DNA of 64,000 bases from NCBI RefSeq assembly GCF_964204865.1, contig NC_135258.1:10168001-10232000 (forward strand), read 5' to 3'. Source of the stretch: Styela clava. Its lineage: Eukaryota. The position numbers were made by a program, and so were the translations under genes. Under the pieces are notes generated by a model. That model had not been told where the DNA came from. It saw nothing but the letters and a program-made list of their open reading frames with translations, and did no database searches. Within the stretch, counting starts at the first letter, position 1; each line of letters begins with the position of its first letter. This document shows positions 40,742 to 53,478 of this stretch, piece by piece.

Positions 40742-43700
40742 CAATGACATTAAACAACATGATGCGCAACTCCGGCATTTTTGTCCGAAGATCGTATTCG
40801 ATAGCACGCTCCAATGCACATACTTGACGAGACGAAAACGAGCGGATGTGTGCTGCTTTCAAGGCGTAGCACGAATGGTGGTCGTGCCTGCTTTGACAGT
40901 TGTTGTCGATTTTAATGATATTTTGGAAAGTTAAGGTAAAAAAAAAATCGGAAAAAGGTAAGGTAAATACTATTGTTGTATATCACACCCGGGCGTCGCA
41001 TTGTTAAGTACATGTGGGAAAGCCAGCCTTTGTCAAATACTACGAAGTTATTAATTCAGTTCTTTGCCCATTTGCCGAAATTACATATTTACTTACCCCT
41101 TATGGTTTCAAATAGTTCATGCACCTCCAGTTAGATTTTTTTTTATTCAGTGTGGATATATACTCACTGTTGATTGCTGCTCATTGTAACATACTATTGC
41201 GTATTCACTTTATTTGCGTATTGAATCAAAGTGTTAACAAGTTCACCTAACATTTCACTCATACCGGTCTATATTGTATAGTCTGATCTCTCAAGTATTT
41301 GGAGCCACGAATGCTTGTAATTTTCTGACTAAACCCTTTTATTAGTTGGTTTATATACCAAATTCAGTAAAATATTTTTTACATAAAACATAAGATATTG
41401 GATTTATTAGCTTTTCCATTCTAAATCATATAGACTGCTTTATTTATTCTTAACGAAAATTAATAAATTTCCTCTCTTTCTTCAGATGTGAAAGTTGTGG
41501 ACAAACCTGTCTAAGCATTGTGAGACTCCTGCAGCACAAGAGGCAATAGTAGAAATAGTAAGTATATCAATCAAGAAATTAAGCCGACATAAAGCAAAAC
41601 TTTCAACTATTCGTCTAATCTCAATTTCCTATTATTTATTCACAGGACAACTATAGCAGAAGGGGAGATATCAGAAGTCTGGCGACATATCAGTGACAGT
41701 GTGATTCCAATAAATATAATTAGAGTACTACATAAATGTTTGCAATAGAAAAACAACCTATGGAGGCATGCAAAGACATTTGACCCTCCGGTAGAGTTGT
41801 GTATGGCCCCCACATCCTGCAGGGCTTGAGGAAAATAGCTAAAAATTCCAAAGCGTAAGATTGCATAAGCGGTCTTGTTTGTAAAAAGGCACAAAACACG
41901 CCAGACATACCTAAAAACAGCTTTTAAAAATGAGAATTACGGGTAACTCACTGCACCTGTGTTATATTTGGTTCATCAACTTCCCTCGAACGATTAACAA
42001 TAATTGTAATAGTATTCTGGAAGTTTTTTTTTATCTAAATGTAATAGATTTTTCAAACCTTTTAAAGTGAAATTGATTATTCACACAGAAAACAATTTAC
42101 TGAAAGTAGTTTTGGAATATCAATTTTTTTTTGTCCACTTTTTGACCCAATTAAGAATACACATCAAGCTAGCAAAAGAATACTTGAATAAAACACTTGA
42201 GTGATTAAATTAAACGCAAAGTACATGAAGAAGGTGGCATTTTCGAAGAAAATGGGAGTTGCAATATTTCTGCTTTTCACAAAATTCTGAAGCACATTGT
42301 TTAATTTGTAATATTTCCCTCAATACAATGAAAAAACACAATAAGCTCAGCAGTCAATATGACAAATTCGAAGACCAACTTCGAACAGAAAATTTCCATG
42401 TGTTTGTATATTAATATAATTATACAACGACTTAGTTACTAAAAATCAATATCAATAATAATTAAAGCAATCCTATGCCACGCAATGTGGTGCGAAATGT
42501 CTTGTCGAAAAAATCTGTCATTTGTTTTTTCACTGATCTAGACATGAAATGATAAAAGTAACTTTTTTGCATTACTGGAATTATTTAAACATTCGCAAAG
42601 ATCCAGATTAACCCATGATCATGTGGCCTCGTTAGTTAGAGTTGGTACTATAAACTCATTTTAGCCTGGCCCTAGTATGCTGGTGACACAAAAAAGAAGC
42701 CAAACGTCAGGACAAATGTAATTATTAAAACATTGAGTTTATACTGTAGTATTTTTGTTAATTTTAGGGTCATATATTTAGATTAAGTTATTTTTAGTGT
42801 ATGTATTATTCTTTCCTTATCTAAAGCTTGTTCAAAAATGATTTTGATGGTTGTACATAGAATTTTATGATTTTTTATAACAAATACAGTAGGCTAACTT
42901 GCAAATGTTGCAATAATAGTGGAATGCAAATATTAATATGTAATTGCAGTTGAAATTGAAAAAATAATAAAACTTAATCCAACTGTTTAGTTGCATCACA
43001 ATATATGTCATGTCGCAAACTAAAACTATCTTGAAAATATCTTTTAAGTATACATTATCAAAAACTGTTTGCGGCCCTTTTTACAATTTCCAAAATGCAA
43101 TGCGGCTCTCGAAAACTCATGAGTTTGACACCACTGATCTATTCTAGACGATTCAAGCATTGCTTTGGGAAATAATATCACTTCAATTAAATTTAAAAAA
43201 TATCGCTATATTAAATACAAAATCGTTGCTATCATAAAGATAAACCAGTTCAGCCACTCGAAATATATTGGCCTTCACAAAGCAATGGAGGCAAAATTGA
43301 GAGTTCATGAGCTATAAACATTTGTTCTTTTCTTTGTCTTGAACTTTTCATACTCCACAGCCCCTATTAATTTTTTTTAATTTAATTACCATGTGATGGT
43401 CATACATATCTTTAACTTGTATTTTCTGTCATGATGTATTAACTCAATGTGCCAAACTAATAATTAGTGTGCATATTTTGCCTTCAGATGACATAAATGT
43501 ATTGTCTTGTTTATTACCTCAGCTTGGAGTATTGACAAGAAAAAGGTGCCAGTAAATTAGGTAAAAAATTTTTAACTCTTTGTTATAATCAGAATTCACA
43601 ATCAATAGGAATTATAAACAGCCAACAATCAATGAGAATTATATGCAAAATCCCTCAGAATAAATTTGTCTAAAATCGGAGGAAGGCAAAAAATATAGGT

Positions 43701-44424
43701 AGTTTCCATCCACACAAGCATTTCAAGAAGACTTGCTCGAGCCAAACTAAATGAGCATCGTCAGGTGATCGGTCGCTGCAAGTTGAATTCAGCCCTGCAA
43801 CCTCCTGCATATAAGATAATATTAATTAGTGGGCTATGAGCTAAATTCCTAAATTTAAACAAACCTATCTACGATGCATTATGTACCAGCAATGTTACCT
43901 ACGATTAACTGAATATGTAATATGGCTAATAAATTCACCTACAAAAGCAAGTTCGATAGGTGCAAACTTTGTGTTATGGAATTGTATCACAGCACAGTTT
44001 TGTAGGACACCCTCTTCAAATGAAATTTCAATGATTAAGCGCAAACATTAAAATTACAAACTTTGAACTTTGTCATTATCTGCAAAATGTTCCACACAAA
44101 TCTTCCCGCTATCGCGTTTGTACTCTTCTCTGATAAAAAAAAAACGTCTATGAATGCCAAGAATTGCTCTTTACAGCTTGCCTGCCATTCCAGATTTCCA
44201 AGTGAGCAAAACTTCTTAGATATAGAGATTATTTTGTTTTGTTACAGGCGCAAAAAGGCAGGTACTACACGTAAAAAAGACGCCGAGTAGCAAAAGCAAG
44301 CGGAAAACGGACGCGAAAGGCGACGAGAAATATGTGCATTGGAGCGTATCATGAAATACAATCTTTCGCCTGTAGTCTTATGGAGTGACGTCAGAGTTGC
44401 CTATCATGTTGTTTAATGTCATTG
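40742..44424. mobile_element. 3.7-kb P-element-like non-autonomous DNA transposon
   Basis: 31-bp TIR CAATGACATTAAACAACATGAT(GC/AG)GCAACTC with CA...TG termini and a 7-bp TSD GTTCTAG (40735-40741 and 44425-44431). Paralogous sites at ~37136 and ~50178 are empty. The superfamily call is inference. Confidence 0.85.
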
Positions 44425-44632
44425 GTTCTAGTATGCATACGAAATTCATGGTAATTTAATACAGTACCCTAATGCCTGGATTGGTTTACATTGACTATTG
44501 CGTATACTGTATTAATATATCGGGAAGCCTCGTTGAGTATAAAAAAATTTGTGCGTTGAACCATGACGAAATTTGTCTAGTGCGGATTGCAAGCTTACAA
44601 ACTTTTTCGGAGTTGTTGCACAGCCTTACAGA

Positions 44633-44957
44633 ATGAAACAGTTCTGCTCGAAAGTTGTAATTTGTTACAGGCAAGTTACAAGTAGTTAGTTATTCATCGT
44701 TCGTAGCCGATCAGGACTGTTCTTGATCGTTTATGTTACCTTTACCTATATATGCAGGACTCGAGCAATGAGTTCTGCGTCCACCGATATAATACATGAT
44801 TGCAATCTGGCATTTTTACAATAGGTGCTTCCAGTGGAATAGGAGCTGCCACGGCAATAGCATTTGCAAACGAGGGGGCCAGGTTGGCAATATGTGGAAG
44901 AAATATATAAAGACTGGGTGAAACTGCTAAAATATGTAAAAAAAAAATGGAGCTGAG
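44633..44957 (+). pseudogene. 5' SDR fragment (exons 1-2) with frameshift and stop
   Basis: Exon 1 MKQFCSKVV has a 1-nt insertion but keeps the GCAAGT donor. Exon 2 (44825-44957) reads GASSGIGAATAIAFANEGARLAICGRNI* and has an expanded A-run. No further exons. Confidence 0.88.
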
Positions 44958-45075
44958 GTAGATTAAAATCAGATTCCTAGATAGTTTTAAAGGTTAATAT
45001 TCCAAGTCAACCAACCCAATGGCCCGGAGCATTCAAACCGATACTGTACAATTGATTGGGGAAGCAAGTCTGATT

Positions 45076-45306
45076 TCAATTTATTGTTGCACGATTTGGA
45101 ATTGAATTAATCGTAAAGTAAGAATTCGATAAAGTTACAAATTCTGATACTTTCTCTTTACCATCTGTCCATATGAGGAAACAGTCATTAATGAAGGGGG
45201 AATAGTACTGTGGTTTTAACGGGATTTTGTCTAATAGTTCAGATTCCAGGTTTGCCATAAACATGTTCCCATAATTGGGTGCCAATTTTGTTCCTATCAC
45301 CGTTGC
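45076..45306 (-). mobile_element. Degenerate reverse-transcriptase fragment, Penelope-like retroelement
   Basis: IGTKLAPNYGNMFMANLESELLDKIPLKPQYYSPFINDCFLIW follows the PLE RT pattern GTxMAPxYANLFM..LE......P..Y.RYIDDIF.IW, with catalytic YIDD decayed to FIND. Confidence 0.75.
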
Positions 45307-46568
45307 CTGAATTTGGAGATAATGTTTCTCTTCAAAAACGATGCTCGGGGAAATATCTAAATGCTAAGAAGCTATTAGCTAAGCAATGGATGTTTCCCCG
45401 ACCTTTGATCTTGGGAAAATGGTTGCTATACTTTACCATTGCAAAATTTTCCATGCCTAATTTAGTGGTGCCTGTTTACGTCTTTCAAACCACCATTTTC
45501 ATTCAAAATATTCAACCACCTAAAATTTAAAAGTGCCGTTAGGGAAGTCTAGCCTAGCCTATCAATTATTTTTGCACTAATTTTTGATTACTGTGAATTA
45601 TTAAACTAAATCTTCTGGGAAAATGAAAGGATCATTAAGGGTATTTGACTCATACTTAACATTTCGGAAACACAACTAAAAACTGACAAATAACACAAAA
45701 AAACACGAAAACGAGGCAATGTTTACAACCATGCCTGAAAATTTGTCTGACCGCCGAAAGTGAGTGAGAGGCTGCTAAAATTTCGGTACTCCCAAAGTAT
45801 GAACATAATTTTATTTCAATTTTCCTTATTTTAGTTCTATTACGAGTTCGGGGACTAACCAAGTGACTCCCGTAATATTTGTACCTGAAATTATGGCCTA
45901 GCCTGGTACACATACTACGTTCCGATGTCTGCCATCTTGATTCACATACTTCGGGAGTACTGAAATTTCCATTGTTACGTCATTTTTAACAGCTTGTTGA
46001 TTAGTTAATATTACGGAAGTGAATAAGAAAGTTCATGTTCGGGGAAACATTCATAGGCTATTGTTGCACTCTAGATATTGTAATCCTTATGATTTTAAAT
46101 AAATAAACAATAGAATAGACATAAAGAGCCATGGAACGCCAAACTGGAATTCTGACACCCAACTTGTTACCATACCGAATTGTTAAATTTGGCCTTAAAA
46201 AGTCAATATGGCAACCCTGCTCACGACGACCTAATCCCGTATACACAATATTCATATGAGTTTGCTCAGCTATTAGGACATTTGCTCAAATGCTGCAGGA
46301 TGAAATAAAAACGTGTTACACAATAGTTTTCATGTTAAAAGTGTAAGAAACAACGTGAGAGAGTATACAGTCTTGATATATCATCGTTCTAAGCCTTACT
46401 TTGGGCTTTGTTATTACAAAAATTAAAAATGATTTCTTGATTCATAAAAATTGGCATATTTCGAAGTCTTAAATATGTTTGGCTATAATTGGTGATCATT
46501 ATTGGAGATCGATTCATCAATTCTATACAAAGTAAATCATTACTAGAATAATGGTTTAAAAAAAATTA

Positions 46569-48506
46569 TTATTTATTCATTTTCATAATTTGGTCTCGCT
46601 CTGATCTGAGACGACTTTCAACTCCGCCTATAAACTTTTTCTCTTGTTCGTCGCTCGTCCAATCTTGAACTTTGCGGTAGCATTCCAGAGCTACTACGTA
46701 ACTTTTCTCCGATTCAATGTGATTACCCTCTAGGCCGTAAGCTATTGCTTTATTATTCCAAAAATGACCGTAAACACGATATTTCTGAGCACCTTCACCA
46801 AACTTTTTCTTCATGAAGTTAATACCAATATTACAATAGTCTATTTCTTCTTTATATTCTTCAATAGCACCATACATAGCTGCGATTAGGCTTATACAGT
46901 ATGCCTCTTGATTGAATTTCAAAGTTGGTTCAATATCGCGAAAACGTTGCACGACCGAAAAAAGCTCTAGCAGGATTTCCACCCCAAAATCTTTGGCGAT
47001 AGCATGCATTTCCTTCCCCTTCTTTTTCATCGAAATTATGATATCGTAAACTTTCACAGCTCTCTCTCTGTGGAACCTTACAATAGCCACATCGGGACTC
47101 AACTCTATCTTATACAGATTAGCCGAACAGAGAATTAAAATTAAAGCACGAATATATTGGGAATTATCAATATAACTGTTAATCACTTTGTTGACATCAC
47201 TCAATTTCGGTCGGTGTGATGAAGTCAACATCGTTTCAAGTTCGATGATTCTCTTTGTTGCATTCATATTTCGATGAAGTCGGATATAGCATTCTGCCAA
47301 CATGAGTTGTTGAGTTGTTGACAAAGGTAATTTCTCAAGCAATGATGCCGCTTCATGGAATTTTGAGTTTTGAATCAAGTTTCTTGCAGGCTCTGAACAA
47401 TAAATGTATTAACGTCAAATGAGATGAAATTATGTTGACAAAGAACTCAGTAATTTGCAACTTAGTCACGTAATAAGAATAGGTTCCGTATAATGGGAAA
47501 TTCAAATAGGACTGAGCTTTCTCAAATACCTCATGATTTCAGAATCAAATTGAATATTTGTTTTCCGAATCGGATCTCGAATGCTCGGAAGATATGTTGA
47601 TGTGTATTTTTTATTATAAATGGTCCTCGAGACACATGAATTACTATAGCCCTGACCATGTAGTTTCAAGCTTGTGACAGATGTGTCATTTAACATGGAC
47701 AGTTATACAAAACTGCAAAAGTAATCAATCGCTATTCAGGGACTAAGAAGTCAAGGGGTTTCCATAAAACAATACCATTTCAATATTTGCCGAAGTAAGA
47801 AAATATTTCAAAGTGATTCATTACGAGTAGTGTTTAACATACCCAACATCATATTCTGAGCATCAGCCGATAGACTCGTAGCCCCGTTCATTTCTGCAGC
47901 GAGATGTGAATTCGGTTGAACTTCGGTGTAAGGCGGTGGCGAATCTATTAATGGAAAAACTTGTTCATTCTTATGTTGTACTTCTAAGTATTACCTGAAT
48001 GAATACGGATTTCATTATAATGAATGTAAATTTCTGCCAAAAGGTGAAAGCCAGAAATAACAACTGTATTAGGTGCCTTGTCCATCAAACTACCTTTCTT
48101 TACATATTGCATCAATATAAGTCATCACAGTGTGAAATATAAGCTCGGGAAATGCTGAATATTGCTATATAAAAACTGCTAAAGCATATTAATTTGGACT
48201 ATCAGTTCAATGGAAAATGGACAGCATGATGCCTATAAAGGTAGAAATCATGATTTGAACAACTGAAATAAGAGGTTTTTAAAAAACTTCTTTGTCTCAA
48301 AAACAATTACATTATTCGACAATCTCATACAGTTTTAGAGGTAATATTGACGCAAGCATTAATTTTGTCACTATCTAAAAATATCCCATGGTATACAGAA
48401 TAATATGACATATACCTTGATAATATCCGACATCGTCTACCATGCCAGAATATAATTCTTGTTCAGTAGGAGCAGACGGCTCAAGATTCATCTGTTTCTT
48501 TGACAT
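46569..48506 (-). CDS. PSAP/PPxY-motif TPR-like protein, copy C (338 aa; exons 48416-48506, 47843-47944, 46569-47392)
   Basis: MSKKQMNLEPSAPTEQELYSGMVDDVGYYQ|DSPPPYTEVQPNSHLAAEMNGATSLSADAQNMML|EPARNLIQ... The most divergent copy, with all splice sites intact. Confidence 0.88.
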
Positions 48507-51500
48507 TTCTTGTGACAATTGGTTTCGAGACAAACTTTCAACTCAGCTATATTACAAGTCACACGTCGTTATTTAACAATTGCAGTTTAAATATATATAT
48601 ATATATATACCCTTTCTCGAATGCATCATGCGCATCATAATTCATATCACACTCATGTGATGCGCAACGTAAATATTTGGCGTACAAACATTGTTTGCAA
48701 TAATAATGCATGCGCTATTACTCAAGCACGAGCCATTAAAATACACTCTCAATTATTTAATAATTTCTCCGCGTCTCGAATATATATCTTTATGTAAAAG
48801 TTTGAGCCCGGTCCATTGTCATATTTAACTATAGAGAACAAAAAAGTTTTTCCTGACTGATAAAGAAAACAGCTGCTAATGCCTTAACGGGGGAGAAACG
48901 GCTCGGATTTTCTGAATTCCAGAAAGTTTTGAGAAATTCACCACGAGCTTTTCTAGTTGTTTGTTGGTAAATTACATAGATTTTTGACACAGAGTTACAT
49001 GTATTATCTGACGGAATGTTTACATAATGGAATACGTTGGGTAGTTACACCATGCGCCATCTATTTGCATGAAACTTTAAGTCCTTAAAACTGATTTTTA
49101 CCTTTGTGTGACATGAGAATAAAGCTCAGCGCATAGCAATAAAATTTTGAAATGTCAGGCTTATGTCTCGCATCATGGAAATACATCATGTATCCAATAC
49201 ATTGCTGCTATCGGGGGACTATGGCCCTACTCGTGCGTGTCTTTACCCCAGTACCATTAAAACGTACTTTAGTGTAGTAAACTCCAATCTGACTCTTCAG
49301 ACATCAATATGCAAATAATATATTCGTTCCAATGTTCGTATATTATGAGGTTGCACGATCGAATTGAATTCAAAACAAACACGTCATACATCGGTAAATA
49401 CAAAAAAGCATTGCTAAGACCGCAATAAATCATAATTAGGCAATAGGGCAAATGACCTACCCATGCAATAAAATTACATACCATCAATATGAAGGGTTGA
49501 TTGACGCGATAAATCCTAGTTACGTTCCACATTCGCTACACTGCTATCACAGCAGGTTTGTTCATAACATTTTCCTCGCACGCGAGATACAAACTTAGTT
49601 TAGTCGATCCCATCTTCTATTGATGCACTTGTATTTCAGTTCCATATTCTTGAAACCGACTTGGTAATCACAGTAGAGGATTGCAACGCAAGGACGGTTC
49701 TCAGAAATAAATAATAAACATAATAGCTTGAACATCAATGTGAAATACTGTTGATAGAATTGATCGAATTTCTAAGTATGTCATTTAATTATCAGCTTTT
49801 CGCTCAAGCCCTGTTATAAACAAATTTAGTGGATAGTTTTTTACGCAAATCCTTGACAAATACCGTTAAATCTGGATTTCACAAAAAAATCGTGAGAAAA
49901 TATTAATTCAGTTCTTGTTATTAATCTATAAAATGAATTCGGGAAAGGGACAGTATTTTGAGGATTTCTATTTCTCAGAAAGTTACATGGTAAGTACAGA
50001 TTCGCCATTTTCATCGCGTATATTTTTTTTTTCGCCAGTAAAACATCACCGACGTGTGTGTGATGTGTCAAAGCCCCAGAATGTCTTTTGCTTCGCCGTA
50101 TCATACACGAGATTCGAAATAACTCGAATGAATTGGAAATTTTAATAATTGAAACAGTATTATAAACTCTATCCGTAGGTTCTAGTAGTATATATACAAA
50201 ATTCTATACCGAACTAAAGCGGGTGGTCACAGTAATTTGATACTCAAATGCCTATATCTCGCACTTAGTAAAACACAGTTTATCCCTTGGTTTTGCCCTA
50301 TCCCCACTAAAATTTCTTTATATGTCAGATTAAGATTTAACCCATATTAAACAGTTAGCCATGCATTGACTATTCCCCAAAATTGTTGCACAAATTGACA
50401 GAAATAAAATAAATGTAGCACTGTTTCGACATGACTCTCACAAATGTACATTTCGGACTTCGGACTCCTATTTATTCTAAATATCAGGTCATTTGTAGGT
50501 ACTGCTCTCAAAGCAAATTTGACATGGAAAGATCTAAGTCGCGATTCAATATCGCAATAAAAAAACTTTTTCATACTGCCAATTATCCAAGTTCTTGCAA
50601 AATTCATTTGACCATTTTTCTATTTTCTCATTAGGAATCAAAATTTTCACATTACGAAGCTTAACATATATATATCGGGAAGATTTATCAATGCTTTGAA
50701 TATCTTCGATTAGACTACGATGAGGTTTGGCTTGAGGTGTTTTTGATAAATTTTCTTTCCATGCTTGGGGTATACATGATAAAAATTTTAAATACGATTG
50801 CATGTCATTATAAAAATCAGAAAAGTTTATCGCGACTTTCGTATCTCCACTAAAGTCATAAGATTTTAACCGGAATGTTTATCCGAGATAACAAAGAGAT
50901 GTTTTGAGTAAGAAAAATCATGAAAATTAGCTCACAAGCATACTATAAAATCAATTAGAGGAATGGCGCCTTCGGCAAAACGAGTGGGTTGCGATAATGA
51001 AGAATATGCTTACATCGACGGCGGATGAGACACGCTAGCCTGGCCTATGTTAATTGTAATAGTCCTCTGATGCAAAGACGCCTCAAGTAATCTGTTATGA
51101 CGCCATGATGTGGATTTCGAGTTCATGTATTTACATTTTTCTCATAAAATGAAGGCATAATTACGGTTAATACTGTTCGGTTAATTTATGCTTAGCATAC
51201 TTTGTTTTTACGGTTGAAGTGATAGAGTTTTTCAAGATCATAGAAACTCATTTATTCGATCGCTTTTCAATTTTCGCAAGGTGGTTTCGTCGCAGGGTCG
51301 TTCACCCAATGGCGTTGCGTTATCGGGTGCGTCTTACTGCGCCAACCACTGAACTACAGCTTGAAAAAGTGTACATGAGCCTCTATCGTTATTTGTGGCG
51401 TTTTGAAGAAGTTATTGCAAATAAGAAGCGCTTGGCAAGTTTTTACATCCATTTTTCTTCAACCTATTTAATACAAAAAAATCAAATAGTACAGCCATTT

Positions 51501-53089
51501 TGAACAAAACAGGCAAAAAAAACTTGATTTGAAACAATTGTTTTAAAACAATTCTTTTTGAACAAATTCCTATTTATAAGCCGTCGCCATTAACGCTGGT
51601 ACGCAAAAAAGTTGTTTGGGTTCTTGTAAAAACTGCAATCTTTTTTACTTCCACTACTAAATTAATTTTATTTTGGGCGAAGTGACCTGTAACCAAAATA
51701 GCTAAACGTTCCATATCGCAGACAGGGCATTGTTACGCACCAATCGTTTGCAGCGACAAAAGTTAGCGGATCCCCAAAAACAGAAACTGCGGTTTCGATT
51801 CCTTTGCTCTGACTCAATAGCGACACCGCGTGTCCTATCACTAATTAACTAATAACTCGCTAATTATACGTCATAATTAATCCAAAATCAATAGGCATGA
51901 ACTTTAATCCGAGATATGATGAATTAAGATGCAAAACTTGAAGCAGATTCAACTCGCTTTTGTGAGATATCGCGTGTGTCTAACAGACTAACAAATAGAC
52001 AAATACCTATCAACGTAATTACCGATCGTAATCGATAAGTAATGAGCAAAATCGGAATAGAATTATGTCCCAACCCTAACCTGGTATACACACACTACGA
52101 GAGTACCCAAACTTCGTTAAATACTCATTCTTTATCAACAGTGCGTTGCAGATTTTGAAAAGACTCATATTTTTGGAATCATGAAGCCAGACACAATCGC
52201 AGATGGGATAATGTTCTTGTGTTCTTCTCCCCATATTACTGGAATAACCCTACCTAACCCTCGACTTCGGGTCACTCAATGCATAGTCTATTTAATAATT
52301 ACAAACAAGGTTATATTAAATTGATTAAGTTTGATAAAAATGATATTTGCAATAAAATAATATGTAATTAAAGATTATGTCCAAAGTTGAGAGTTTTGAC
52401 AATTTGTGTAGTGGTACAGTGAACAAAATGTTATATGTAACTATGCGGGTTAATTCATTGGGTTTGAATCTCATGCCTTACCCAGGATGTATTACGTTGA
52501 GTAGGTCCGATCCAAACTAGAGTAGCTACTTACCTAACCATGGTTTCTTGTGTCAAACCTTATTCGATTCGAAAGGCGTATAAATGCGTAGTTTAAACAT
52601 GTATTAAACCTGAAAATATAGGATTTGATACCGAACGAGAAAACATGCTAAAGAATACAACACTACGTAGGCAACCAAATTCCTATGGCATTAAGACAAT
52701 TGCGATTCACAGTTAATCCTACGTAGCCGATTTGTCTAACACAAATTGGTAAACTTGTGAGTGAACAAGTAGTACAGTATTAGTTATTGACCTATTCTTA
52801 AGTGCTAAGAGAAACGTAAAGGTAATTCGTTGAGGGATTTGATTTACTTTAGAGGGCTGGTTGGAGCCTATATTTTCTGTCTCGTGCTTTGAGTAGGGAT
52901 GCGGATATCTTGAGTAGAAAATTAGAAGAAACTACAAGTGATGAGCTATAACTAATGACAGTGTTAAAAATATAAGTATTTTGTCACGTGTATAGTATAC
53001 GGATGGAACATTTCAATAGTGCATAGGTCAAGTGATTGTTTAAGAAAGTAACGAGTCGTGTTGAGTCAGTGCATATAATAAAAATGTTA

Positions 53090-53306
53090 GCGCTCCCGTA
53101 GTATGAGAACCAAGAAGGCGGACACCGGAACATAATATGTGTACCAGGTTAGAGTTGGGCGATAATGTTGTTCCAATGTTCCCTATTTTAATCCTATTAC
53201 GAGTTCGGGGACCGTAGTGATTGTATCTGAAATTATGGCCTATATGCTGGTACACATACTGCGTTCCGGTGTCCGCCATCTTGGTTCATATACCACGGAA
53301 GTACCA
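53090..53306. repeat. Family A MITE-like repeat downstream of the NTase gene
   Basis: Palindromic ends (gcgctcccgtagtatgagaaccaagaaggcggacaccggaac / gttccggtgtccgccatcttggttcatataccacggaagtacc) flanked by AAAATGTT direct repeats. Confidence 0.8.
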
Positions 53307-53478
53307 AAATGTTTTACTTAATATATATATATTGTTATTGAACTTATGGCAATCACGAAAGTAGATTCGGAAAGCAAATCACAATGGTATTTATGTTATA
53401 TTTCGACACCATACGTTCATATATCAATTTTCATAATAGTATATACAGTATATATGATTTATCTGGCGATATTCTATT

